Origin: an uncultured delta proteobacterium
GTDB taxonomy: Bacteria; Desulfobacterota; Zymogenia; Zymogenales; Zymogenaceae
NCBI GenBank assembly: GCA_963735595.1
Contig: CAVTLK010000005.1
Coordinates: 480,001-544,000 of the forward strand
Length of the DNA stretch: 64,000 bases
Direction: 5' to 3'
The stretch's first letter is position 1. Each line of letters starts with the position of its first letter. A program made the translations under genes and the position numbers. Below the pieces are notes generated by a model. It did no database searches. It was not told the DNA's origin and saw only the letters and a program-made list of their open reading frames with translations. Below, in pieces: positions 9,386 through 19,445 of the stretch.

Positions 9386-10591
9386 TTATGCCGTTTTTAT
9401 CCGCTTTCCGTTGTAGCACCTCAGCGGGCCAAGGCTAAGGTAAAAGAGACAGTGGTTGCAGTGGATGCAGCCGGACGGCTCCCGGCTCCCCTCCTGTATC
9501 TTCCGGGGGAAGATCGGGCTATAGATCAGCGAGCGGGAAAGCGATATATAGTCGGCATCCCCGCTCGCGACGATATCCTCCATCGTCTTCGGCCGGATGA
9601 TACCGCCGACGGCAAAGACGGGCACCGTGACGCGCTCCTTAATGGCGCGGGCGGCGCTCCGGTTATAGTCCTCGTGAAAGGGCTCGGTCTTCATGATCCG
9701 GTCTCCGAAGCGGCGCATCACGAAGCGCATGAGGGCGTTTTTCCTGAACATCCCGAGGTCCTCGATCAAGACGTCCAGCGGGAGCCTGCCCCTCAGCGTG
9801 CTCATTCCGTCCTCGGCAATGCCGCAGCTCACCTCGATGCCGTCGATGCCCATCGCGGCAAGCCTCTCGGCCGCCCGGATGCCCTCGTCGATCTTGATGC
9901 CCTTCTTCATGTGATCATAGGCGCTGGTCTTGATGAGGATGGGAAAATCGTTACCGACGAGCTTGCGGCTCCTCGAGTAGATCTCCGAGACGAACCGCAT
10001 CCGGTTTTCCAGCGAGCCGCCCCATCGGTCCGTCCTCCGGTTGGTGTGGGGGTTGAGGAACCCGTTGACGAGGTAGCCATGGCCGCCGTGGAGCTGGACG
10101 GCGTCAAATCCGCTCTCCTTGACCCTTCGGGCGGCCTGCGCAAACGCCTCGATGGTCGGCTCGATGTCGTCTTCCGTCATTTCCCGGGGCGTCACGAAGT
10201 TCGATCCGTCCGTGACCGCCGAGGGCGCCATCGGCGTCTGCCCTATTGCGGCGCGGGTTGTCTGCCTGCCGCCGTGGGCGATCTGCATGGCGATTTTCAC
10301 GCCGGTCCCAAGCGAGTGGATGTGGTCGGTCAGGGCGCGCCAGGCGGCCACCGACTCGTCGGTGTCGATACCGGCCGATCCCGTCGGGAAGGTCTTCCCG
10401 TCCGGCGAGACATAGGTCATGCCGGTGATGATGAGGCCGACCCCTCCTTTCGCGAGCCGTCCGTAGAGGCCGTACAGGTCCTGGGTTGGCAGTCCGCCGT
10501 CGTCGCACATCCGTTCGACGGTCGCCGAGCGGACCAGGCGGTTTTTCAGCTCCATTGACTTAATGGCGGTCTTTTCGAACAGGTCGGGCAT
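9386..10591 (-). CDS. NADH:flavin oxidoreductase / Old Yellow Enzyme family
   Basis: NRLVRSAT, QIAHGG, GFDAVQLHGGHGYL, NRRTDRWGGSLENR; C-terminal CIHCNHC. Confidence 0.92.
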   Translation of the reverse strand: MPDLFEKTAIKSMELKNRLVRSATVERMCDDGGLPTQDLYGLYGRLAKGGVGLIITGMTYVSPDGKTFPTGSAGIDTDESVAAWRALTDHIHSLGTGVKIAMQIAHGGRQTTRAAIGQTPMAPSAVTDGSNFVTPREMTEDDIEPTIEAFAQAARRVKESGFDAVQLHGGHGYLVNGFLNPHTNRRTDRWGGSLENRMRFVSEIYSRSRKLVGNDFPILIKTSAYDHMKKGIKIDEGIRAAERLAAMGIDGIEVSCGIAEDGMSTLRGRLPLDVLIEDLGMFRKNALMRFVMRRFGDRIMKTEPFHEDYNRSAARAIKERVTVPVFAVGGIIRPKTMEDIVASGDADYISLSRSLIYSPIFPRKIQEGSREPSGCIHCNHCLFYLSLGPLRCYNGKRIKTA

Positions 10592-10733
10592 GGACGTTCT
10601 CCTCGGTATGGGTATTAATCGGGCGATACGTTACGAAGGCGTTAGAACCATATCATACCGGCCGGTCTATGTGAATAAAAAAAGGGAGGCCGGGTTTGGG
10701 CCGCGAACCTCCCTCGAGGGCGTTACCGAATTG

Positions 10734-11477
10734 CTACTGGTTATCGGTGGGCGGTACGAACGGGATACCGAACGGCAGCGAGATCCCCATTTCGCTCATC
10801 ATCAGGGCGTTCATCTCCGACTCCGGGGCCTGGGCGTAGCCGGCGGGTATCTCAAAGACCGAAGCGTCCGGATCGCCGAGGACGACGTTGCTGTACTCGA
10901 TAACCATCGATTCTCCCGGTGTCGTCTCGAACTCCTTCTTGATGGCAAAATTGTCCAGGTCCTGGGCCGCCCAGGAATAGTAGAAGAAAGGCTTCCCGTC
11001 CGGCAGCGTCATCGTGACCTTCCACTTAACGCAGGGGTGGCCGTTGACCACCTCCTCACCGAGCCGCTCGGACTCCACCTTCACATCCTTCGGGTTGATC
11101 AGGAGGGGCGCGCCCTCGGTCGCGTCGACCGGCTTGATAGGCGTCTCGACATACTTCATGCTCTTTGGGAAGAGCTGCCAGTTGACGCCCTTGTCGGGGC
11201 GGTTGATCATAATCATGGTGAAGGAAGGGACGCCCGGCTGAACCATCCGGTTCTCGGTACGGGTCAGCTCACAGTTGGTGTAGATCGTGCCCTCCATGAT
11301 GGTCGCGCCGACGCCGCCCCTGACTATCTTCTGGACAAAATCCGCCTGGTAGTCACAGGCAAATTCCGTCGGCGTCCCGCCGAACGGCCCCTTCGGGCAG
11401 CCGGAGAAGACCAGACACAGGGAAAGCCCCACAAGCAGTAACACCGCGGCCGACGGCCGCGCAATCGTGCGCATCAT
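10734..11477 (-). CDS. Lipoprotein with DUF4412/LolA-like fold
   Basis: Lipobox FSG-C; LGEEVVNGHPCVKW and SVFEIPAGY motifs; AGGAGG RBS. Confidence 0.65.
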   Translation of the reverse strand: MMRTIARPSAAVLLLVGLSLCLVFSGCPKGPFGGTPTEFACDYQADFVQKIVRGGVGATIMEGTIYTNCELTRTENRMVQPGVPSFTMIMINRPDKGVNWQLFPKSMKYVETPIKPVDATEGAPLLINPKDVKVESERLGEEVVNGHPCVKWKVTMTLPDGKPFFYYSWAAQDLDNFAIKKEFETTPGESMVIEYSNVVLGDPDASVFEIPAGYAQAPESEMNALMMSEMGISLPFGIPFVPPTDNQ

Positions 11478-11516
11478 TATTACACCTCCTGTAAAACATA
11501 CAAATGATCGCATATA

Positions 11517-11591
11517 AGTATACTATTTATGGCGCCCGGGCGCAAGGGCCGCGCCTATTTCGTTGATTTTTCCCGATCGTTCCCGTATTAT
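11517..11591. promoter_or_regulatory. Divergent sigma70-like promoters
   Basis: Minus strand TTGCGC-17-TATACT (11545-11517); plus strand TTGATT-17-TATTAT (11563-11591). Confidence 0.45.
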
Positions 11592-11636
11592 GGTGGCTCA
11601 TTGGGTAATCATTCCATTCATTGAGCGAGGTATTGT

Positions 11637-12362
11637 ATGGGTGACAACTACCTTTCGATCGCCAACAGCTGGGGAATGTGGCTTGCCTCGGGCGCCATCA
11701 TCGTGGTGGTGTTCGTCCAGGCGATACGGCTGTCAATGATCTCATTTCGCACCGGCCGCGAGATTGGGATGCCCGCAAGCCAGCTCTGGCAGGCCTTCAG
11801 GACGGGGCTCACCACGTCCATCGTCCCTGCAATCGCGGTCCTGCTGGGGCTCATCGTCATGATCCCCAAGCTCGGCCTGCCGTTTCCGTGGATGCGGCTT
11901 TCGGTCATCGGATCGGTCTCCTATGAGCTGATGGCCGCGGGGATCGGCGCCGGCGCCGTGGTTGACGGGGGACTTTCCGGCAACATGAACGGTATCGCCT
12001 TTGCCAACGCTGTCTGGGCGATGTCCATCGGATCTATCTTCGCCCTTATTATTGTGGGTTTCTTCACTCCCAACATCATGAAGCTCAAGGACAAGATCGC
12101 CGGCGGCGACGAGGGCTGGATGAAGGTGATGACCGCGGCGGCCTTTTTCGGCGCCGTGGGCTACATGGTGGCCCAGCCCGTCGTGAAACGGGGCACGCCG
12201 CTGGTTGCGCTCATCGGCGGATTCGTCACGATGGCCCTGCTGGGGATTATGATTACGGCCGGAAAACAGAACTGGCTCAAGGAGTGGGCGCTATCGCTGG
12301 CGATCATCGGCGGGATGGCGGCTGCGGGACTTGCCTACTTCTGGTTTGGGATAGGAGGGTAA
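11637..12362 (+). CDS. DUF5058-family membrane protein (putative transporter subunit)
   Basis: Multi-TM; LGLPFPWMRLSVIGSVSYE and WLKEWALS motifs. Confidence 0.75.
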   Translation: MGDNYLSIANSWGMWLASGAIIVVVFVQAIRLSMISFRTGREIGMPASQLWQAFRTGLTTSIVPAIAVLLGLIVMIPKLGLPFPWMRLSVIGSVSYELMAAGIGAGAVVDGGLSGNMNGIAFANAVWAMSIGSIFALIIVGFFTPNIMKLKDKIAGGDEGWMKVMTAAAFFGAVGYMVAQPVVKRGTPLVALIGGFVTMALLGIMITAGKQNWLKEWALSLAIIGGMAAAGLAYFWFGIGG

Positions 12363-12363
12363 G

Positions 12364-13059
12364 ATGGAAGACAAGAACCAAATATTTCAGTCGCGGTTCA
12401 TCGGTCCGGTTAAGAACACAGGGATGATTACGATGATAATCGCCGCCCTCTGCCTCTTTATCCCGGGCCTTTACCTATATATTTTCCACGGGCTCATTCC
12501 GCCCTTCTGGAGTATGGTCTCGGCCATCGTCGCCGTCTGGTCGTTCATGGCCATCATGGCCGTCGTGGAGCCTATCGTCTACTATCCGGTCCTCGGATTC
12601 GGGGGCACCTATATGTCGTTTTTGGTGGGAAACGTCCTGAACCTGCGCGTCCCCGTCTCGGCGACGGCCCAGCAGGTCGTGGGCACCAAGGAGGGAACGC
12701 CGGAGGCCGAGATCGTCTCCACCCTCGGCATTGCGGGCTCCGTCATCGGCAGCCAGCTCGTGATGATTGTCGGGGTGCTGGCCTTTCTCCCCTTTATAAC
12801 GGCGCTTGAAGGCACAGGCTCGGCCGTCAAGGTGGCGCTGGATCAGGTGCTGCCGGCGCTGTTCGGGGCGCTGGGCGGGGTCTTCCTGTTCAGGGTGCCG
12901 AAGCTCGGGATCGTTCCGCTGGGGCTGGGCCTGATCGTCGCCCTGATCAACCCGAATCTTCCGTTTTCCATCGTGATTCCGCCGATGGTCATCCTCTCGA
13001 TCATCGCGGCGCGCATCATGTATAAAAAGAAGTGGGTCAAGGGAGAGGGGATGATGTAG
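12364..13059 (+). CDS. Membrane protein, partner of DUF5058 (putative transporter subunit)
   Basis: Multi-TM; EPIVYYPVLG.GGTYMSFLVGNVLNLRVP and VLPALFGAL motifs; 1 bp after the previous gene. Confidence 0.7.
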   Translation: MEDKNQIFQSRFIGPVKNTGMITMIIAALCLFIPGLYLYIFHGLIPPFWSMVSAIVAVWSFMAIMAVVEPIVYYPVLGFGGTYMSFLVGNVLNLRVPVSATAQQVVGTKEGTPEAEIVSTLGIAGSVIGSQLVMIVGVLAFLPFITALEGTGSAVKVALDQVLPALFGALGGVFLFRVPKLGIVPLGLGLIVALINPNLPFSIVIPPMVILSIIAARIMYKKKWVKGEGMM

Positions 13060-13073
13060 CAAGGAGGTCGGAA

Positions 13074-14333
13074 GTGAAATACGATGAAGCGTTCCGCGCG
13101 GTAGAAAGGAACGAGGACTATATCGTCGATATCCTCAGGAAAGTCATCGCGGTGGACACGAGCGTGCCGCCGGGAGAGAACTACGCCAAGCTCATCGACA
13201 TCGTGGAGCCCGAATATAAGAAATTCGGGTTCTCCACCAAGCGGGTGGTCGTGCCGGAGGATAAGGTCAGGCAGATGCCCTGGGAGCTGAAGGGCGAGCG
13301 CACCAACCTGGTGGCGACCCTCGGCAACGGCAAGCCCCCGGTTACCGCCTACGCCCACATGGACGTGGTGCCGGTGGACGAGCCCTGGACGAAGGACCCC
13401 TTCGGCGGGGAAATCGTCGACGGGAAGCTGTACGGACGCGGCACCGTGGATATGAAAAACGCGATCGCCTGCTTCCTGGGGGCGATGAAAGTTCTTCATG
13501 ACCTCGGGATCGATCCGCTGTACGACGTCGGCTGCAATCTCTGCACCGACGAGGAGCTGGGAGTCTATCCCGGCGCGCGGTACCTGGCCGAGGAGGGGTA
13601 TTTCTCCCCACACCTGATGTGGCTCGAGCTGGGAGCGATGGAGCCGATCGTCACCATCGGGGCGGCGGGCTCCATCCGCATAGACGTGACGGCGATCGGC
13701 AAGAGCTGCCATTCGGGAATGAACTACCTGGGCGTCAACGCGGTGGAAGAGCTGGTCCCCGTGATGCAGGAGCTGATGTCCCTCAAGCGTGAGGTCGAAA
13801 AGCGCGTGTCACGCATCCCGACCTTTCCGCTGCCCGGCGCTCCCTCCGATAAAATGACGCCGATGTTCAATCTCACCATCGTTAAGGGCGGGACGAAGGA
13901 AAACATCGTTCCGGGAGAATGCAGGCTGACCATCAACCGCCGCTATATCATCGACGAACGGTATGACGACGTGATTGCCGAGATCACCGCCGCGCTGGAG
14001 AGGGGCAAGAAGAAGTCGAAGCTCCTGGATATGACGGTCAACGTCGTCCATTCCTATCCGCCGGTGGAGCTGGACCCCGAAAACCGGGCCGTAAAGAAGA
14101 TGAAGGAGGCCAAGAAGGCGGTGAAGGGATATGAATATTTCATCGCGGGCGGTATATCGGGCTCGACCGATCTCGGGTTCGTGGCCGAGGCCCTGAAGCC
14201 CGCCCCGATCGAGGCGGCGGGCTTCGGCGTGATCCGTGCCTCCAACATCCTTGCCCATGCCGCCGACGAGTTCGTCTTTGTGGAGGACCTCGTGGCGATG
14301 ACCAAGGAGCTGGTCCACTATATGGCGTTCTGA
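13074..14333 (+). CDS. M20 family metallo-hydrolase (ArgE/DapE-like deacylase)
   Basis: HMDVVP, GRGTVDMK, DEE, GKSCHS and AHAADE; GTG start after AAGGAGG. Confidence 0.9.
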   Translation: MKYDEAFRAVERNEDYIVDILRKVIAVDTSVPPGENYAKLIDIVEPEYKKFGFSTKRVVVPEDKVRQMPWELKGERTNLVATLGNGKPPVTAYAHMDVVPVDEPWTKDPFGGEIVDGKLYGRGTVDMKNAIACFLGAMKVLHDLGIDPLYDVGCNLCTDEELGVYPGARYLAEEGYFSPHLMWLELGAMEPIVTIGAAGSIRIDVTAIGKSCHSGMNYLGVNAVEELVPVMQELMSLKREVEKRVSRIPTFPLPGAPSDKMTPMFNLTIVKGGTKENIVPGECRLTINRRYIIDERYDDVIAEITAALERGKKKSKLLDMTVNVVHSYPPVELDPENRAVKKMKEAKKAVKGYEYFIAGGISGSTDLGFVAEALKPAPIEAAGFGVIRASNILAHAADEFVFVEDLVAMTKELVHYMAF

Positions 14334-14436
14334 CGTATCCAAGACGGGCCGGCGGACGGATTTCAGTGATCTTCCCGGGGCCGGCCGATGCGGTACGCTC
14401 ATTGTCAGGCGCGGATGCGAGGAATATACACGTTTT

Positions 14437-15456
14437 ATGAAGGCTGCCTGTTTCTCACAAGAACAAAAGAGGCTGGTTGTCGCCGAGGTTGAGCGCCCCG
14501 TTCCGGGCCCGGATCAGGCCCTGATTCGGGTGGCGGCCGTGGGTATCTGCGGCTCCGACCTCACCCTCTTTTCTTCGGGCACGCTGCGCGACGGCTACGT
14601 CATGGGCCACGAGGTTTCCGGCGTAATCGTCGAGACGGGAAATGACGTCCGTACCTTTAGCGCCGGCGACCGGGTCGTGGTGAGGCCCGCCGGGTGCGGC
14701 AGCTGTCTCATGTGCGGGAGGGGCCTGCCGCACCTGTGCTCGGCCAAGCTTGCCGTCGGGACGGGGTCGCAAATGGGGGGGTACGCGGAGTATATCCGCG
14801 TTCCCGAGCGGATGCTCATGGCGGTCCCTGACGACGTCTCGCTTTCGGACGCCGCGCTGGTGGACACCATCGCCGTGGCCTGCCACGGTATCGCCCGCGC
14901 CGACGTCCGGGCAGGCGAAGACGTGGTGATCTTCGGCGCAGGCCCGATCGGGCTTTCGGCCCTCATGGTGCTCTCCGAGATGGGTGCGGGCCGGCTCGGT
15001 GTCGTCGAGGTCAACGAAGGCAGACAGCGGATTGCCGCCGAGTTCGGCGCCCGATTCGTCTGCTCTCCGAGGGAGGAGGGCTATCAGCAGCGCCTCCGGG
15101 ACGACTTCGGGGGGGCAGGGCCCGACGCGGCGCTCGAATTCGCGGGCAGGGCCGACGCAATAAAGGGAGCCTTGGATATCGTGAGGCCGGGCGGCCGGGC
15201 CGCGCTGGTGGGGGTCACCTTCGAGCCGCTGACGATTTACCCGATCGCGATCACGATGCGGGAGGTCTCGATCTTCCCGGTCTTCTCCACCAGGGCCGTC
15301 GATAACGAGGCGGCCCTGTCATTCATCAGGCGGCGGCGCGATGAAGCGGCGCGCCTGGTTTCGGACGTCATCACCATCGACAGCCTCCCGGCGGTATTTT
15401 CCGACCTCGTTGCCGGGGCGCTGAAAAAAAAGGTGATGATCGAGTTTTTTAAATAG
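14437..15456 (+). CDS. Zn-dependent alcohol dehydrogenase (MDR, threonine-DH-like)
   Basis: GICGSD, GHE, structural-Zn CGSCLMC..C, GAGPIG. Confidence 0.9.
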   Translation: MKAACFSQEQKRLVVAEVERPVPGPDQALIRVAAVGICGSDLTLFSSGTLRDGYVMGHEVSGVIVETGNDVRTFSAGDRVVVRPAGCGSCLMCGRGLPHLCSAKLAVGTGSQMGGYAEYIRVPERMLMAVPDDVSLSDAALVDTIAVACHGIARADVRAGEDVVIFGAGPIGLSALMVLSEMGAGRLGVVEVNEGRQRIAAEFGARFVCSPREEGYQQRLRDDFGGAGPDAALEFAGRADAIKGALDIVRPGGRAALVGVTFEPLTIYPIAITMREVSIFPVFSTRAVDNEAALSFIRRRRDEAARLVSDVITIDSLPAVFSDLVAGALKKKVMIEFFK

Positions 15457-15490
15457 CCGCGACGATCAAACAGCAGGGGTAACAGTAACG

Positions 15491-16948
15491 ATGGGAACCA
15501 ATCGCCGGGTCGTTCTCATCAATCCGCCCGCCGAGGTCTGGGGGGAGGGGAAGGGCCGGCTTGCGCCGATTCTCAATACCCTACCGCAGATCGGGATCGC
15601 TTCTCTGGCGGCCGTTCTGAGGCAACAGGGGATCGAGGTCTTCATTATCGACGGCCAGGCGCTCGGCATGACCCCGAAAGAGGTCGTCGCGTGGGCGGTA
15701 GACCGCTCCCCGGCGGCCGTCGGACTGACCGGGTATACCTCCTCGATTCACGCGGCGGCCGCAATAGCCCGGGATATCAAGGCGGCGCTCCCCGGCGTCG
15801 TTACGGTCATCGGGGGGCCCCACGTCACGGCCGTGCCCGAACAGACGATGACGGCCTTTGCCGATTTCGACTACGGGCTGATCGGCGAGGGGGAGCGTTC
15901 GGCTCCCGGCCTGTTTGAGTCGATCCTTGCGGGTGAACCCCCCGTACACGTTGCCGGCGCGGTCCGGCGGGAAGGCGGTGCGGTTCGGGTCAATACACGT
16001 CCCGAGCTGATCGACGATCTGGACACGATCCCCCCTCCCGCGTTCGACCTGTTGCCGGGGTTTCCCAATTCCTACCACCCCCCGATCTTCCACTCGCCGA
16101 AGGGAAAGGCGGTTACGCTGGTTACGTCGCGCGGGTGCCCCTTCCACTGCACTTTCTGCGATAGGGGGGTCTTCGGCAACCGGTATCGGTTCCACAGCGT
16201 CGGGTACATCGTCGAGATGATCCGGCGGCTCAAAGAGGCCCACGGTATAGATCATTTTATCTTCTACGATGATAACTTCACCGCCGACAAGCGCCACCTG
16301 GCGGCGCTCTGCGAGGCGATCATGCGGCTGCCGTTTCGCATCACGTTTGCCTGCGATGCCCGGGCCGACCTCGTGGACAAGGAGATGCTTGCCCTCATGA
16401 AACGGGCGGGCGCCTGGATGATCAGCTATGGGATCGAAACGGCAAATCCCGAGCTGCTCAGGCTTCTGGACAAGTCACTGTCGCTTTCCCGGGCGGAACG
16501 GGCGGTGCGCCTGACCAGGGAGGCCGGCATCATCGTGAAGGGCCTGTTCATGATCGGCGTGCCGGGAGAGACCGTCCAGACCATCGAGCGGACGAAGGCG
16601 TTCATCGACCGGCTTCCCTTTGACCTGATCAACGTATCGAAGTTCACTCCCTATCCCGGCAGCGACATACACCGCACGATCTCGCAATACGGCAGCTTCC
16701 AGGAAGATTGGAAGCAGATGAGCGCAATGAACTTCGTGTTCTGGCCGAACACGGTCGACCGGGAAGTCCTCAAGAGGGAGGGCATGGCCATCCCCGCCGA
16801 GTTCTATAGTAAGCCCAGCCGGATTAAAAACATCTTCAGGCGGACGATGAACCGGCGGGACGCGGCGCGGATCGCCTACCTCATTTTCCTGAAAGCTACC
16901 GGCAGGCTGCGGGGTGTTTTTGCGGTCGATGGGGAGAGTGCGCAGTGA
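15491..16948 (+). CDS. B12-binding-domain radical SAM protein
   Basis: N-terminal cobalamin-binding domain (GGPHVT, GEGE); SRGCPFHCTFC; DDNFT; GIET. Confidence 0.9.
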   Translation: MGTNRRVVLINPPAEVWGEGKGRLAPILNTLPQIGIASLAAVLRQQGIEVFIIDGQALGMTPKEVVAWAVDRSPAAVGLTGYTSSIHAAAAIARDIKAALPGVVTVIGGPHVTAVPEQTMTAFADFDYGLIGEGERSAPGLFESILAGEPPVHVAGAVRREGGAVRVNTRPELIDDLDTIPPPAFDLLPGFPNSYHPPIFHSPKGKAVTLVTSRGCPFHCTFCDRGVFGNRYRFHSVGYIVEMIRRLKEAHGIDHFIFYDDNFTADKRHLAALCEAIMRLPFRITFACDARADLVDKEMLALMKRAGAWMISYGIETANPELLRLLDKSLSLSRAERAVRLTREAGIIVKGLFMIGVPGETVQTIERTKAFIDRLPFDLINVSKFTPYPGSDIHRTISQYGSFQEDWKQMSAMNFVFWPNTVDREVLKREGMAIPAEFYSKPSRIKNIFRRTMNRRDAARIAYLIFLKATGRLRGVFAVDGESAQ

Positions 16949-17095
16949 ACGGAGAAATCGTGGTTTTCTCTTGTTCGTCCTGCCGGTACGCGGCGCCGGA
17001 GTGGTGGGAATTGGCGTGGTCGCGGATTGACCCGTTTTTCGGTTATACGCCGTAAGCAATAGAGGGATTATTATAGTTACCTTGTGGAGCGTGCT

Positions 17096-18559
17096 ATGAA
17101 GAGTACGAGATTTGAGGTCCTCAGTCGACCGGAGATCGACCAGATCAAACAGGCCACGCTTGAGGTGCTCGAACAGGCGGGTATCAAGGTGGAAGTCAAG
17201 AAGATGCGGCAGATCCTTGCAGACCTGGGCTGCGCCGTGGACGAGAAGACCAGGGTCGTGAAGTTCCCGCCCCGCGTCGTCGAGACGTATGTCGGCAAGG
17301 CGCCCCGGGAGTTCACGCTGTGCGGCAACGACCGGGACCTCACCTGGAAGATCAGCCCGGAAACGAGGGTCTGGGGTGGGCTGGGGACCGCCGTCAATAT
17401 GTATGACCTCCAGACCGGTACGTACGGGCCCGCCACTATGGACGATCTGAGGCGTCATCTCATCATCCTGGACAGCCTGGAACACGTCCAGTCCAACCAG
17501 ATGGATATATGGCCCTCCGACATCCCGATGCAGACGATCCCGGTTGAGGCCATCCGTACCTGGGCAATGAACTGCAAGAAATCGTTCGGGATGGGCGCCT
17601 ACGGCGTCATGCCGACGCGCGATATGATGGAGATGCTCCTCATCGTCATGGGGGGCAAGGACAAGATCAAAGACACGCACCCCTACATGACCATCGTCAA
17701 TACGGTCAGCCCCCTTTCCAGCGCCCAGATTCAGCTGGAGGGACTGATGATCCTTGCCGAGTACGGCCAGCCGGCGATCTTCTCGCCTGAGGCGATGGCC
17801 GGCACCACCGCCCCGATCACGCTGGCGGGCCTCCTCATCCAGCATAGCGCCGAGGTGCTGGCCCACATCGTCATGGCCCAGGCGGTCAATCCCGGGACTC
17901 CCGTCTTATTCGGCACCGTCTCCACGATCGCCGAGATGCGCCGCGGGACGGTGGCGTTGGGATCGGTCGAAACCGGTCTCATCAGTGCGGCCATCGCCCA
18001 GATTGCGCATTCCTACAATATCCCCTGCCGCGGGGTGGCGGGCGGCACCGAATCCAAGCTCCTGGACCTGCAGTGCGGCGTCGAGCGCGCCCGGACGATG
18101 CAGATGGCGGCAATGGGAGGAGTCAACTATATCACCTGCGTGGGGACGATCGAATCGACGACCGCCGGCGCCCACGAGCTTACGGTCATCGACGACGAGC
18201 TTATCGGATCGATCGAGCGGGCCATCAGGGGCATCGAGGTCAACGAGACGACAAAGGCCGTCGAGATAATCAAGAAGGTCGGGCCGGGCGGCGACTACCT
18301 GATGCAGGAACATACCCAGAAATACTTCCGCACGGAGCATTTCATCCCTTCGCTCTGCGACCGGGATAAACGGGACATCTGGGAAAAGGCCGGTAAAAAG
18401 GACATGGTCGGCAGGGCGCGGGAAAAAGCCCTGGCGGTCCTTGCCAAGCATACCCCAAAGGACCTCGACCCTGCCGTGATGAAGGGTATGAATGACTTCA
18501 TCGAGATGGTTAAGAAACGGACGCTGGACGAATACTACGCCGCCGAGTGGGAGGCATAG
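17096..18559 (+). CDS. Trimethylamine methyltransferase (MttB superfamily), non-pyrrolysine
   Basis: AGTTAPITLAG, QAVNPGTPVLFG, TESKLLDLQCGVE, GPGGDYL..HT; no in-frame TAG. Confidence 0.9.
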   Translation: MKSTRFEVLSRPEIDQIKQATLEVLEQAGIKVEVKKMRQILADLGCAVDEKTRVVKFPPRVVETYVGKAPREFTLCGNDRDLTWKISPETRVWGGLGTAVNMYDLQTGTYGPATMDDLRRHLIILDSLEHVQSNQMDIWPSDIPMQTIPVEAIRTWAMNCKKSFGMGAYGVMPTRDMMEMLLIVMGGKDKIKDTHPYMTIVNTVSPLSSAQIQLEGLMILAEYGQPAIFSPEAMAGTTAPITLAGLLIQHSAEVLAHIVMAQAVNPGTPVLFGTVSTIAEMRRGTVALGSVETGLISAAIAQIAHSYNIPCRGVAGGTESKLLDLQCGVERARTMQMAAMGGVNYITCVGTIESTTAGAHELTVIDDELIGSIERAIRGIEVNETTKAVEIIKKVGPGGDYLMQEHTQKYFRTEHFIPSLCDRDKRDIWEKAGKKDMVGRAREKALAVLAKHTPKDLDPAVMKGMNDFIEMVKKRTLDEYYAAEWEA

Positions 18560-18603
18560 CCGACGCCGTCGACAGGCGACGCAAATAGTATAAGGGGGAT
18601 CAC

Positions 18604-19245
18604 ATGGCTCACGAACTGCTGGAAAAGATTGCACAGGCGGTCATCGAGATGCGATTCGAGGACACCGAGGGGCTTACAAAGGAAGCGCTTGGGTCCGGGG
18701 TTACCGCCGTCGAGATAATAAACAAGGGACTGCTGCCCTCCCTTGACCGGGTGGGGGTGCTCTTCAGGGAGGGGGAGTACTTCCTGCCGGACGTCCTCAT
18801 GTCGGTCAAGGCTTATAATAATTCATTCAAGATCCTGGAACCACTCCTCAAGGAAGGGGATTACAAGGCCAGGGGCAGGGTGATGCTCGGGACGGTATTC
18901 GGGGATATCCACGATATCGGCAAGAACATCCTCTCGGCGCTGCTTCTGGGTAACGGTTTCGAGGTGATAGACGTGGGTGTGGACGTGAAACCGGAGATGT
19001 TCCTGGCGCGGGCGAAGGAAGATACGCCGGATATTATCGGGATGTCGGCCCTCCTGACCACCACGATGCCGTCCATGAAGGATACGATCGACGTATTTAC
19101 TGAAGCGGGCCTTCGCGACAAGTTTAAGTTTATCATCGGCGGCGCGCCGCTTAACCAGAAGTTCGCCGATGAGATAGGCGCCGACGGGTACGGCGAGGAC
19201 GCGCAATCGGGGGTAGAGCTGGTCAAACGGCTTATGGGGATCTAA
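18604..19245 (+). CDS. Corrinoid protein (MttC/MtmC-like)
   Basis: GDIHDIGKN, SALLTTTM, GGAP and IGADGY; directly follows the MttB gene. Confidence 0.92.
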   Translation: MAHELLEKIAQAVIEMRFEDTEGLTKEALGSGVTAVEIINKGLLPSLDRVGVLFREGEYFLPDVLMSVKAYNNSFKILEPLLKEGDYKARGRVMLGTVFGDIHDIGKNILSALLLGNGFEVIDVGVDVKPEMFLARAKEDTPDIIGMSALLTTTMPSMKDTIDVFTEAGLRDKFKFIIGGAPLNQKFADEIGADGYGEDAQSGVELVKRLMGI

Positions 19246-19368
19246 CCGGCCGCCCTGGTGATAGTTCGACAGGCGCCGGTACGTCGCCGCCCGTCGGGCG
19301 GAGCGGCGGTAACGCCGTGGCCCGATCACCCGGCTATCCTCTGAGTGATATCCGGATGCCGTCATAAC

Positions 19369-19400
19369 AAACCCCGGTCGATGATTCGACCGGGGTTTTT
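19369..19400. terminator. Intrinsic terminator between convergent genes
   Basis: AAACCCCGGTCGA-N4-TCGACCGGGGTTTTT. Confidence 0.75.
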
Positions 19401-19445
19401 GTATGTTCACGATTACGAGCGCCTTGATCTATCGCTCGGGCGGCG

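Noticed and set aside
8904..9419. 171-aa minus-strand ORF
   Set aside because: Translation of the palindromic repeat cluster (recurring VIAR/VIAS peptides)
17096..18559. Pyrrolysine recoding in MttB
   Set aside because: ORF is continuous with no in-frame TAG; Thr occupies the equivalent position
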